A DNA stretch of 64,000 nt from Tricharina praecox. Lineage: Eukaryota. The stretch covers positions 1-64,000 of the forward strand of contig NW_026250410.1 of NCBI RefSeq assembly GCF_024521635.1. Reading direction: 5' to 3'. Positions 50,831-64,000 of this stretch are shown here, piece by piece (the stretch's first letter is position 1; each line of letters opens with the position of its first letter). The translations under genes and the position numbers were made by a program. The notes under the pieces were generated by a model. That model was not told the DNA's origin. It saw only the letters and a program-made list of their open reading frames with translations, and did no database searches.

Positions 50831-51672
50831 CCCCCACGAGTCACATCCGGCCTCATCCGCTGCGCATCGTGACTCCACCTTCCCTTCACTTCACGATCCA
50901 CCGCAGCCAGGTAGGTAGGCAGACAGGTAGGCACGCAGGCCTAAGCTCCTCCCCCCAGAGTCCATCGCGCACTTTTGCGATCGGCACAGAAACAGCTATG
51001 TACATAGCTGCCAGAAGCACAACCGGTAGTAGAGTACGTGAGCGGTGCGCAGTGAGCACTACGTACATGCACAAGCCATCACTCTGTGCCATCACTCTGT
51101 GCCATCACTCTGCACCATCACTCGGCACTATATATCGCGGCACTATATATCGCTGCACTATCGCTGTGCAGCGCCGCCGTAGGTAGTAATCTGCCATGGT
51201 CTAGGTACCAAGGTCGAATGCACTGATGATTAAACAAAAAACAAAAAACAAAAACAAAAAAGCGCAGCCGCAGCCGCAGCAGCAGCAGGACATACATACA
51301 TCAGTACTAAGCATCGACCTCTGTGCACAGGGTTAGTACTTCCATAGAGTATTGATGTGCACTCAGCACTCAGCAGTGTGCAGTGTGCATCCATCCGACT
51401 ATTATTAGCTGCCGGGGTTGCATCGGCGGCGCAGCCGCGGCGCGGATCAACGCAAGGCTGCTTGAGAGGGAGAGTCAACTATCAAGCCCCTCCCTTCCTT
51501 CTTTCCCCGCCCCGCCCCGCCCGCCCCCACCTGTTCCCGACCGGAAATCTGACAACCACTTTGGTCCTCGAGGCGAAAGGTGACCAATTGTTTGCCGTGC
51601 TGTGTGGTGGTGCGTGCTGCTGGTTGCTACGTGCTGCTGACTGGTCAACCGTGGTTGGTTGTTTTGCGGACG

Positions 51673-51723
51673 GGGTGTGGTAGGGTGTGGTAGGGTGTGG
51701 TAGGGTGTGGTAGGGTGTGGTAG
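51673..51723 (+). repeat. G-rich 10-bp tandem repeat (TAGGGTGTGG)n, ~5 units
   Basis: Directly visible; five GGG tracts with 7-nt loops. Confidence 0.9.
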
Positions 51724-52481
51724 CACAGTACCGGCAAAAAAAAAATGTCATGCGGGGTGGTGGTGGTGGTGGTGGTGGTGAGTGTCGACTGTCGACTGTC
51801 GACTGTCACCGTGGAATCGGCAGGTGCCAGGCCTGACATAAGGTGTGCGCAGCGAGATCGGTAAGCATCTTGCCTGTTGTTTTTTGCGGTCGTTCGATTA
51901 TGTCAACTATTCGGGGGCTGCGGCTGAGTAGGGTATGTAACCGAAAGAGCGAATGGGAAAGGTAAAGCCCATGTGCTGCGTGAATGAGGCCAGTCGGTCA
52001 GTCATCGGCGATGATTCGAATTTTGAAGTCACTTGCACGAAGAAGAAAGCCCAAAGTTTTTTGTGGAAACAAGATTCGATTCCGATTACTATGAAGGTAA
52101 AAACCACAATCAAATGAATGTCCCAAATCCCGCCCAGCCTCAACTCAACTCAGCCCGCCCCACTACCTCAACAAAAACCGTGCCAGCTTCGTCCCCCGTC
52201 CCCTTTTATCTCGCACAAATCATCAAACATTATACCATCGCCAGAAAATTAAATAGAAGCAGAAAAAGAAAACAAAAAATGCAAAACCGCTATATGATTA
52301 ACCCCCAAACCCCCTATCCCGCCCAGAGTGTCCGATATGCCAAATGCGATGCTGAAGGAAAAAAACCAATAATGACTGTCCATTAGATGCTGTAGCCCTC
52401 CCATCTCCCTTTTTACTTCCACTCCAACTCCTCCTCTTCCTCCATAGTGCTGCTGACTACTCAGATGCGACGGCTGCGCAT

Positions 52482-53399
52482 TTAGTAGTACTCGGCCTTC
52501 TTGGTGGTGCAGTCGGCGGTCTTGGTCACGTAGACGGTCTTGGCGTCGGCGTAACCCTTGGAGGTGACGGTGACGGTGGCAGTCTTGTAGACGGGCTTGG
52601 TGACGTACTCGGTCTTGACCTTGTAGTCGGTGGCAGTGACGGTCTTGTACTTGTAGTCGGTGGCGGTGACGGTCTTGTACTTGTAGTCGGTGGCGGTGAC
52701 GGTCTTGTACTTGTAGTCGGTGACGGTGGCGGTCTTGTAGACGGGCTTGGTCACGTACGCGGTCTTGTACTTGTAGTCGGTGACGGTGGCGGTCTTGTAG
52801 ACGGGCTTGGTCACGTACGCGGTCTTGTACTTGTAGTCGGTGACGGTGGCGGTCTTGTAGACGGGCTTGGTGACGTAGGCGGTCTTGTACTTGTAGTCGG
52901 TCACGGTCTTGTAGACGGGCTTGGTGACGTAGGCGGTCTTGTACTTGTAGTCGGTGACGGTCTTGTACACCGGCTTGGTGACATAGGCGGTCTTGTACTT
53001 GTAGTCGGTGACGGTGGCAGTCTTGTAGACGGGCTTGGTCACGTACTCGGTCTTGACCTTGTACTCGGTGGCGGTCTGGAGGGAATACTGTTAGCTATCT
53101 GATATCGGAATGTTTTGGGGGGTTTGAAGCGCGCTCACCTTGTACTTGTAGTCAGTGACGGTGGCGGTCTTGTACTTGTACGCGGTGACAGTGGCAGTCT
53201 TGTACTTGTAGTCGGTCTTGACCTTGTACTCGGTGGCCGTCTTGTACTTGTAGACGGTGGTGGGCTCGGCGTATCCCTTGACGGTCTTGTAGACAGTCAC
53301 GGTCTTGTCGCTGTTACCGTAGTCTCCGTTGGGAGCGGCGGCGACGGACTGGAAGATGGCGGCAACGGCGGCGGCGGCGATGAACTTGGAGGCAACCAT
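52482..53399 (-). CDS. Secreted Tyr/Lys/Thr/Val-rich tandem-repeat protein (putative cell-wall/adhesive structural protein), ~284 aa
   Basis: Signal peptide MVASKFIAAAAVAAIFQSVAA. Exons 53399-53139 and 53075-52482 (intron GTGAGC..GCTAAC..CAG). Repeats TDYKYKTAYVTKPVYKTATV; strongly C/G-ending codons; TATAAG ~200 bp upstream. Confidence 0.9.
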
Positions 53400-56300
53400 G
53401 TTTGCGGTTTTGGGGGTTGGTATTAAGGAGTTGGGAGTTGGAGCGAGTGTTGTAGAGGAGTGATTATCTAGTGAAAGACTCGGGGTGATGTATGAGGGAT
53501 GAGGAGCGAAGGTGATTAAGAGACTATGAGGATGGAGAAGCTGATACCGAAGCTGGTGAGGAGAAGACAAACTTTGGGGAGCCGTCCAGGTGGTTCTTAT
53601 ACTGGACAATCATTCACGATGGCACACTGACCATCCCCCCACTCCAGTGTCTCCCATCATGCTAGGCTCTCCTCCCCCCGGTAGACCCAGAAGACGAAAA
53701 TAATCCATGCAGTGCTGGCCAGCTCACATTCAATCAGCTGTAAGCCCGATGGATGGATTGGGGTGGGAGGGCTCGGCTGCAAACCACCGACCCGCCACGA
53801 TAGAGGGTGTTTGGAGGGAAAAAGTGCTCATCCTCACTACTACTCTACGCATTGCTGCCTGTGCTGCAGTGTAGCGGTGCAGTACTAGGTAAGTCAAGTC
53901 AGTCCGTGTAGTCGACTCCGCCTAGCGCAAACATTGGGTCTGATCTACGCTAAGCCTCGAGATCCCTGGTAAGGCTCCTACCTACTACCGGTGGAGCCAT
54001 TCGTCGGATGAGGCAAGGGGTGGTGTTGGGTGAATAACTTTGGCGGTGGTGGTGTCCAGGCAGTCACTCAGTTCAGTTATCCACTGTCCAAATGTCCATT
54101 ATTGTCCCAGTCCGACTCGACAGCTGCTGCGGCCGGCAGTCAAGACCCCTTGTTCCCCTCCATAGCCCTGTCCGGATTCTGCACGCCTGACTGGTGCGAT
54201 CGGTAAAAATAATATTCTGACGGCCAACTGGGCAGTGGTGGGTGGGAAGGTAGACACTCTGGATGGTTATCGTCGATACCTCCCTTCCCGTAAGCCGCTG
54301 CAAGGCAAAATGTAAGACAGACAGACACGGTACCTACCTACGGTCGGTGGCCCATGCCGCTGATGAGAGGATATATCTACTCTAACTTAGGTTCCTCCGA
54401 GGTGAATCAGACAATGCTCCAGCCGTCTGGTCGGTCGGTGGGTCGGAACAAGTTCTTCCTCGTCGTCCGTCTGTCTGTCTGACCGTCCGGACCACCTGTG
54501 AGAATAGAGAAAAAAGAAAGAAAGAAAAAAGAAAAAAAGAAGGGAGAAAAAAACACACATGCTCTCGTGTACTCTTCGCACAGCCGCGTGCTATAGTAGT
54601 ATCTACTCTATTTGGTAGTCTCTCTCGACTCTCGAGCCGTGAAGCACCAGCAGTCCTCTGACCGCCGCTCATTTGTCGTCCCTCTCCCTCGCGCGACGCC
54701 GAGCATTGGAGCTCGATCAGATCACTCTCAGGGTTCGATTTAGAGGCCCGCAAGTGCCTCGCCAGGTGCTATGGTGCTCTGCTAGTATACCGAGTAGCAG
54801 TTAGTTGCTCCAGTAGCAGCGGCGGCGGGTGCTCTGTGGGTTTTCGCTCGCTCGTACTGAGCTCTGACGATCGGGTCGGGCCCCTTTCGAATTACGCGCA
54901 GGATTGAAGTCGCCCTGTACGGTGCTCTAGCTTGTAGGTACTTGGGTGGGTATGTAGGCACCGCGAACGTTCCTAGAGTATCCGGCTAACTAACTGACCA
55001 GTAGTCTCGATACCCAGGTACTCTATGAGTATCTCCATAGGGCCATAGGCAACTAATAGTACTAGTGTTCTGCTTCGCTCATCCGGTGCTCAATCCCGGG
55101 CCCTCCGGGGTGGGGGGGGAAGGGTTGTTCGATGTCGAGATTCGCCAATTACCGAACAAGCCCCCCCTCAACGGCCAAGTCGTCCCAAGTGCGGAAGCGA
55201 CGTGGGAAACTCTCCAGCCACTCGCAGCCGGGCACTAACCCTGTTAGACCGTTAGTGCCCACCTACTATCGGCTCGACTTATTTTTAGGCGCAGCTTGAT
55301 GTGGCGATGATTCCCAATTTCTAACTGGGGTGCAGTGGGCACTCAGAAAGTCGAGAACAGAACTGCTCTGCAATTCCCGGCATCCGCACTGGCCGACTCC
55401 AAACTAAACTATGAACAGTAAACACTGGGTGAAAAATTACGCGAGCCAGATCTGGAATGGGTCGGCCAGTCTGGACTCTGGACCACCACCGGTCTAACAC
55501 CAGAATAGACGACAGCAGTGTTCGTGCCCAATATTCCACAGCGAACAAGTTAGTTATGTGGTGGAATACCCTGCAAGGAACCGTATAGCACTCTGCGTGA
55601 ATGAACGTCCAGGGATGCTTTTGCTGGAAAGAGTGGATGGATGTGTGGCTAAATTCGCTGGGCGAGGGAGCCTGAACAGGCACTGGACAGCCAGCAGTTC
55701 CCCTCTGCTCACGGCACGTGGGGATATCGCTGTATCGGGGTAACTATCGGGGGACTCAGGGTGAGCACTGAGCCCCCAGCCCAGCCTATGGTATGGATAT
55801 GGGGTCATTAGTTCCAATTTGGGGTTTGGGGGTGTGAGATCTTGGGAAAACGGACAGCACACCGTGGCTGATGCCACACGGCTCTAGTAGGTACTCTACT
55901 CTATTTTCTGCCGGCTGAAATGATGGGATCTAAGCTGAGCATGTATGTAGATATGTATGTATGTGGTGTAGGTACCTACTTCTTACCTACATGCCTTCTA
56001 GTTGGCTGGTGCGGTCATCGTCTTGTCATCGTCTTGTCAGCGGTCAGCGGTACTCAGCGGAGAGAGACCACCATCGTCAGATCATAGTTATCAATAACCA
56101 GCCTCCGTTCCCGTCGGCTGATTGGTGGACATTGCGACGATGGCATGTGTCATGTCAGCCACTGCACCGGCCGTCAGAAACGGAATTGCAAAGCCACGAC
56201 GAACGAACGGTGGCGGGATAAATGGGGTATAGGTATACTACCAACCATACTATAACTACCTAATACATTCCTGGTTGCCTGATATCCACACACACAACGG

Positions 56301-59300
56301 CTTCTGAGATTGCGAAAGATGACAAACACACTGGCCCCCACCACCGAAATCACGCAGATGGTTATAGGCAGACTCTCATATCGATGCAGCGGGCTTCTGG
56401 AACTGGAAGAAGGCTGGGCTCGCGGGGGGAAGCTTGTTTGTTTCCCGGTCATCACCGGGGAAAGGGGGGCCTTGGTGCAAAGGACCATGCGCAGAGAGAG
56501 AGAGAAAGGGAGAGAGGGAGAAGGCGAGAGAAGCCGTCAAGCCATAGGTAACATAGATACCGCTACAGAACAGGCAAATGGATTGGATTCGGGGGATGAA
56601 CCTCCCCGTCCAGAGTCCAGAGTTCGTACCCGCTGGAGGTGGAGCAGGAAGCACATGTAAACTCTGGAGTAGGCATCTCGATTCCGCTCGGATCACTGGC
56701 GGTCACTGATTGGGCCACAAAGCATACAGACGGGGATCCGATGCGATTTGTTCGGATCACCGCGGGGCGCTCGAGCGACCTCCTTGACGAATCAGGCACT
56801 CTCCCGCCCCCCCTCTCCCTATGGCATGTCCTCGAGCTGATCGGATCTCCCAGTTCAGCATCGATATCCCCCCTCGCTGCTTGTTGCTGCTGCTGCTGCT
56901 GCTGCATCCGGGGGAGCCGCGAAGAAACTTCAACAGAGTCGTCGTGCAGTGGTCCAGTGGATTCTTTTCGTCGCGCGCAGACAGGAGGCGCTGATTCGCT
57001 GGAAACAAGCGGATGAACGCCATCCATTGAGTTGTGTTCATAGGCATGCCGTCTAGTGCGAACTCTATTCGTAGAATCGCGTCGCTATAGTACCTATCTC
57101 AATCACTGCAGGTACCGTCACGGACGCCATGCCATGCCATGCCAGTCCATGCCCGCCCGTGGCCCGTCCGTGGGGTCAGTTCTTCGAAGCCTGGAGGCAA
57201 TGCGCAATGTCGGTTGGAAGACACGGCATTGATTGCAGCATCGATTGATTCTGCACGGCACTGCACAAGCAGGCAAGCAACCAAGCGTGATGATGAGAAA
57301 TGATTTTCTACAGCCGAAACTAAACTGGTTATCAGGTGCGTAGGTATCATATCTATCAACGTTGCCGCTTATCCCCCCGGGGTGCAGACAGACAGAGGAA
57401 AGACAGGGTGGGGCGGATGATGGCCGGAGAGGGTCTTTGAAAGGGTTGCTTTCTACTCTAGAACCACTATGCGATCGTTATCGAATTGTGGCGGAACGCG
57501 CAAAAAGGGGTTCGATAATTTCGTTCTGCACTCCCACTATGTATCCGCCCCCCTTCCCCTGAGCGTGGAGGCCACGCCCCTTCCCCGCCACGCCATATGG
57601 ACTGAAGTTCGCGTCTAACGCGTTTGCACGTGGGGTGGGGGGCCTGGGGGGGCCCGGGGGGAGAAACATGCTCACCGAGGATAACTCCGAGAACCGGTTC
57701 GTAGGCATCCGCACTTTGCCTCCTATCGGGTACAGTAGTGCACCCATGATGCCTGTCCTGGCGCGCGCTGCTGGTGGTGATGGATGAGTGGGGCGAGGAT
57801 CGTGGCGCGATGTACAGACCCACATACTCTAGAGTTGCCACTCACCTAGGCGCAGGGTGATCATGAACATCGAGGCTACGTGTACATACATACATATCAT
57901 ATCATGCGTCGCCTCGCCTCGCCACTCAAGATGCCATGTACAAGAACTTGGCCTGCTTAGTTACCCACGATAACACCGATGAATTTGCTGGGAGAACTGT
58001 TTCATGTAGGTACAGTAGGTACATAGTACCTATTCCACCGGTACATACCCCGCCGTGAGCCCTAGGTATCTACTACCTAGTACATCCCCTCAGCTATACT
58101 AGAGATCATAGTAGAGCCACATCCCCGCCGCTGCCACCTAGCGGCGTAGTAGGTAAGGCCGGCAGCTTTCCCTGTCTGCTGTTAGTTAAGGCCAGCGAGC
58201 GAGCGCGGCGTTGTCGGCAGCAGCCTTCTCGTAAGGTGCTATACATATGCCTACTCTAGTTACTTCTTTCTAATTAGTAGTTAGTACTCTTATGGGGGGG
58301 GGATTTATTGCTCAGAACCCCCAGTTGATGCGAGCCGAATGCTGCAATCTTAGCCGCGATTCCGACGGCCAGGCAGCAGTCTACTCTATGAGTTATCTGG
58401 GAGTAGTTGGTACCTACTTGCCTACGAACATAGTTACCAAGCAACCGGTCACTCTACATATCTGCTCTACAGACTCTACTCCATCGCCTCATGGCATGGC
58501 ATGGCAAGGCGTGTAGAGCAGATACCGGCGAACCGACACTTTCGAATGGGGAATGTATAGGACGGCACGCCCGGACGGCCGAGTCGAAGGATGGATGATG
58601 GATTGACAACGCAAAAGACATTCCATTCCAATCCGTTCAGTTGCAACTTGCTGCCGCTTTTTTTCGTGGGTAGGTTGATGATTCGTCGCAGCATTTGTTT
58701 TTTTTCCCTTTGCCTTTTCCTTTTCTCGAGAACCGTCTCTCCCGATGATCAACACCGCATGATGTTGAGGATTCTTCAGGTGATGTGATTCGGATCGCCC
58801 GGAGGTCGCTCTGCGTACAGCGGCACGGCTCGGGGGATACATACATATGCTGCTACATATGCTGCTACATACATACATACATACGCACGGAACAGAACAG
58901 AACAGAACCAGGCCTTTGGATCGTGCAGCTACAGAAGGACGGACGGGCGGGCGGATGGCGGATGGCGGATAGATAGGCAATGGGCATCCATCCATCGCGT
59001 GCATGTCGAAGCAACTACATACCTGACTATGGCGATATCTACAGTGTACAGTACACAGAGGACCGGCAAATACAGGTTTCTCAATCAATGGGGACTCGGG
59101 AGGGAGGTGCGATCACCGCCGAGTGAGCTAGCTAACTACTATTCTGGATATTGCAGAACAGCAATGGATTATGGATACGTGGGTACATGATGTACAAGTT
59201 GTTTTTTCTTTTGGCCGCCACAAAAAATACGTCACGCATTGTACAGCAACATATCCTTGTATCCATGCATCGCGACGAGCTGGTTTGTTTTGTTTTTTTG

Positions 59301-62300
59301 TTGTTGTTTTTGTTTTTTTCTTTGTTTTTTTTTGCCCATATGGCGTGCTGGTGCCCAAGTCAGTACATACTTGATCTGGATACTCCAGGCCTTTCGCGGC
59401 ATACACTTCAGAAAACATCGCGGGGAATCCCGCGCGGCCAGTCTGTCGTCGAAGATAGGTTGAGTATCTGGTTCGGCGGATACTGGATAGGTTTCTCATG
59501 GAACATTGAACGTCCAGCACGCGGGTTGAACTGAACTGAACTGAACGCCTCTTGACTCTCGACGTGGACTACTGATGTCCCTCTACCTGCCTACACCTAC
59601 ACCGAGACAGATACAAGACAGAAACAGAGACCTCTTCGCTACCCGCCTTCCATAGGGAAGCCAGAGCGTGTCGAAGATCTCTCTGAGTGTGATCGGGGGA
59701 GCCGGCTGCAGAATGTATGTGAGTATGTGAGTATGTATGTATGTGAGCACGGCTCGCACGTCGACCGCGGCTCGTCCCAATGGCCAATCTACACATGCTC
59801 TCTTCTCTCCAGCCATCAATCGCGCGGTGATGCGAGTGGAACGGCTATCGCATCATTGGTGCCATCCAAAAGTCACGCGCTGGGGGTTCAGTTCGGTGCT
59901 GTTCTACAGATGGGGTGGGAATAGGAAGTCGCGAATATAATTCTTCAGCCTCCGGCCGGTCTGACAGCCCGCGGCCACTCACCACCACTGACGGACAAAC
60001 TCGCTCGCAGCCCAGCTCAGCCAGACAGACAGACAGCCAGACAGCCGTAAGGGTAAGACACTAGTATCTACCTTAGCTACCTACCGTCATACGTGCAGAT
60101 TCAGAACATTCGGCCGGTATTTTTAGACGTGCTGCTGTTGTGTCACCCACCCACTGAGCGTTCATGCCATGCAGGCTGATGAAAAACAGTTCAACCTCCT
60201 CAGTAGGTAGGTAGGTATTCACTCTGCACTGCAGCATGTATGTAGGTATGTAGTGTATGTAGTGTATGTATGTAGTGTATGTACTCCACGGAGGAATACA
60301 TTTGCCGGCGCCGCGGTCAAGAGAGAGAGCGAGCGAGCGAAAAAATGCGAGTACGGCAGCATTCGTTGGGAAGATGGGGGGAGCGTTTTGTCCATATAAG
60401 TCTACCCGCCCCCCGACGAATACAAACCATAAGTCTCAGACAATTATGTAGTGTACGTACGGGGCAAGAAAGAAAAAAAGTAATCAAATAAAACCAGAAA
60501 AAAGAAAAAGCAAGAAAAAGACAGAACGGATATAACGCCGTGTCCACGTCTCTCTCCGAACAACGTAAACTTTTCTGAGATTTCAACAAAAGACCCGTCT
60601 GTAGAGTTACCTTGCTCAGCAGTCGAGTAGCTCCAGGAAGGCGGGGGTTGGCGGTAATTGCCGAGCTTTTGCAGGCGCGGATTTGCGATGCCATGGTTGG
60701 GTCGGTGTAAACGAATATGTAGTGTACATACATACATCCATTCCTGCCTCGCCATGCAATGCAAGAAGAGTTGCGAGCAGGAAAACTGGAGCTGAAAGAA
60801 ATCCTTAGATGCGCATGTACCGACTTTGTAATAAAGTTTCTTACGAATCATGTTTCCCCCCCGCGACCCCCCGCAGGAATCGACGCGGTGTATGTATGTA
60901 GTTGTAGTAACCCTCCACTGCTTCCCGCGGTGGCTGCAGGACTCGCCACGGACGATCACTCGGGCTGCGTTCCCGTCCTCTACTGCCGGCCAGATCCAGA
61001 TGTAACCACGCAAGGAAGCAAGCAAGGCTAGCGCAGCCTCCCTCGGCGACGAGGACTCCTCCCGTCATCAGCCCGAGGAAGACCCTGGCCATTCCCGGAG
61101 CTCCTCCTCCTCCTCAGTGGGCTGACTGCAGCTGGACGCATCTGCTCATACGGTACATAGATCGATAAGAAACCTTTTCCAGTCATGGCGATCGTGAATG
61201 CACACATTTCTCCTGTGCTCCCTCCGCGCGCGGATTCGGCCGCATGCGTCTGCGAATCCACCGTGAGCGCACCCATTAGCAATCACCGATAACTAACGGA
61301 CGGACGGTGCCGGTTAATCTTGTCCCCCCCGAGGGAGTTGTGGATTCGGTGCTATGTTGCAGTGCGTGGTCACTGCTGCTGCTGCTGCTGCTGCTGACAC
61401 TCTACCGCCTTACTATTCACAGGATCTTGCTTGTGCATCGAAGGGCTGAGACGGAGAGACTGAGAGAGACCGATTATGCGCAGAGTATGAGTATGTAGCA
61501 GCACAACGTTTCGATTCGGCCAGTGAAATGTATGTGCGTGCAGTACATGTGATCTCACTCGCGCTAGCCGACTCCCCTCAAGTCAGCTCACAGAAGTTGA
61601 GATGACGTCCATTCGGCGATGGGCGAAACTGAGCGCACTTTCAGCCGTACTGTCTTGGCTTGGATACAAACAGTCGAGGATTACCTGATACGGTTTGCCC
61701 TGATGGTGGTGCTGGTATACATGTATCCTGCTTGTATCTCCCGAGTACCTACCTATCCACAAAGATTCCCTGAGAATCGAGTGGGTTCGCTGCAACTTGC
61801 ACTTCTGACCCGCACTGTTACATTCCGACCAACCGACGTGCAGCTCCATTTTGAGTTTTCGCCCCGCACTTTATCGCGGGAGTACACTTGCTATATCTCT
61901 AGCTCGCCGTCGCCCTGTTGCATCGTGGTAGGATCATCGGATTCGCAGCCGGAACCATCGATTCCCACCATGGTACTACCACCACTCAGGTCCCAAGCAC
62001 ATCCTCTTACTCGCCAGCATGTCCGAATGATTTCCGGTGATCCCGATCCAGATACAATTCCGTCACTTTCCCGCACGAGCAAAAAAAAACCTCCTCGCCC
62101 TTGCTGAATCTACATACTTCCGATCCATCTGCTGTCGGCTTGTTGTTTATCTTTTCCATTCCACTCTGCTCTACTCTGCTCCACTTGTATACACACATGT
62201 AAGCTGTTCCTGTTTTCGGTACCAATATTCTGATCCAGGCTGTCGCTAATTATAGCTGTAGGCTGAGCTAGCCTCTAGGAAGTGGAACCTTACTACTTAG

Positions 62301-63503
62301 CGGCTCGTCAAAACGCCAGCATTCCCAGACCCACGCATAGGAGTGCAAACGTCGCCTCCTGATCCCGTCCTGACAATCTGTCAGTCAGTCAGGCGTCCAC
62401 AATCATTCCTTGTATCGTTACAATGCTTACGGACGTCGGACAGCATATACACATATATACATAGCCGAAAGCGTCCTGCTGATCATCCCGGGAGTCGGAA
62501 GGGAAGAGAAGCGAGTCGCGACACGATGGGGCCTGGAGGCTGAAGCCGGATGCCAAAAAGGGCATTTATCAGCCACCAATTCTCGGCTCGTGATCACGCC
62601 TAACCTCGTGTTGGATATCCATCGGGCTTGATCGATCATCGGACAATAGAATGTGGCAGATCGTGGATTCTAAAATATCTCCGGTATGCAAGCCTTGCCT
62701 GGGGGCTGGCAGTGGCGTTGGGTAGACGCCATTTCGACACTTCCTCGCGTGTCGCGGCGTCTGGGATGTTCGGACGCCGCCCACGGCCACTTGTGTCATC
62801 ACTCGCTCCTTTGGGATTCCGTCGGTCGGCGCGGACTTGGATTGCGTTTACTCAACGGCTAATAACCGAATTTCTCCGGTAAAAAAAAAGTAGACACGGA
62901 ATTCAGAGTTTACCTACCTACGTTGTCCCGTTCCGAACAGTGATATACCGGTATCGGGCTGATGGCTTGCGGGATGACTGGTTCGTCCCAGACGCTCAGC
63001 ATATAGTAATATCCACAAGCGTAGAATTCCTTCCATCCCCGACCCAATCATGTACTCTACATACAAGCTACGGAAATTCCCACTTTCCGACAGTACCCAT
63101 CACAATGTCTCACTCCGCCAAGCCTCCGTGGCGCCGGCCTCATGTGGCGCAGTGGTGCAGGAATCTCCAGTATCTAACTAAGTACGATGTTATGCCGTTA
63201 CACGCATTGATCTGTGCCTCCCCGTCCGTGCTGATGCTGCATATATCCTGGCCGGAATGCTTAACTCAACCCCAGGTCTCGGTCTCGGTTTCCCGCGCCT
63301 CGGTGAGTAATGTTGTGCTAGCGGCTATCCGCGAGCGGCTATTGGGGCCCGAGAATGTCAGTTGGAAATTGGTGATACTACTGTACGTAGCTAAGTATAT
63401 ATAACCAGCCTTTGTCCCTCAATCTACGTCGTCATCATCATCATCATCGGCCAACTCTTCCTTCCTTCTTTCTTTCCTTCCTTCCATACACACAGCCATC
63501 ATA

Positions 63504-63973
63504 ATGCACGCCACACTGTCTTTCCTCCTCCTCAGCCTCTGCACCGTTTCCACAACCCTCGCGGCCCCGGTGGCCAGCACAGGCCGACGGAGCGATGCCA
63601 CCACCATCATCTGCGACACGCACGCAGGCTCCCCACTCCTCACAGACGCGCTCCTTGCCACGGGCACGCTGGCTGCCCGGACGAAGTGCGCAAAGCCGGC
63701 AGCGCCGTATTCCACCACAATGCTGAGTCTGTTCTCGGCGAACCTGAGCCTTGTGTGAGTCGCTGCATCACGAGTGTTTACGTACATAGAACACTGCTCA
63801 CTGACCGTGCGAACAGCGGCGACGAAGAGTGTGCCATTGACTGCGCCCAGGCCGCGGAGATGCTGGCGCGCGTGGCGGAACAGTGCCAGACTATTGTCGA
63901 TGGCGAACTTAGGACCGGGGGCCGCGTAGAATACACGCAGGGCACGTTCCTGAGATTGGCGTATGATAATTGA
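63504..63973 (+). CDS. Small secreted cysteine-containing protein (effector-like), 135 aa
   Basis: Signal peptide MHATLSFLLLSLCTVSTTLA, possible RR processing site. Exons 63504-63754 and 63817-63973 (GTGAGT..CTGAC..CAG). Five Cys in the mature part; TATATATAA at ~63396. Confidence 0.8.
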
Positions 63974-64000
63974 GGGTAGATCGGTGGTGGTTGGCGGCGC

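Noticed and set aside
54382..63404. Numerous 60-200-aa ORFs
   Set aside because: No codon bias, motifs or coherent splice structure; many are microsatellite translations.

Overview
Eukaryotic DNA from a filamentous ascomycete fungus: short GT-AG introns with CTAAC/CTGAC branch points, many microsatellites, and no operons, rRNA, tRNA or CRISPR arrays. Intact-looking genes are a DUF1774-type membrane protein (cut by the left edge), a low-complexity hypothetical protein, an emopamil-binding/EXPERA protein, a TAP-like alpha/beta hydrolase, an M28 leucine aminopeptidase, a QDE-1-type RNA-dependent RNA polymerase (RdRP), a secreted Tyr/Lys/Thr/Val repeat protein and a small secreted Cys-containing protein. 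The stretches ~9.7-26 kb, ~30-39 kb and ~47-52 kb are gene-poor and hold several dispersed repeat families, a pseudogene and probable transposon relics. The most striking observation is the RdRP. It is ~2100 aa, and a ~1100-aa disordered N-terminal extension in the same open frame carries eight Trp-centred repeats (D-W-D-E...G-W-P-E-x-P...R-N-S/T-Y). These resemble GW 'Argonaute hook' motifs, suggesting an RdRP with a built-in Argonaute docking platform (inference, untested). Family assignments come from motif recognition by eye; no database searches were run.
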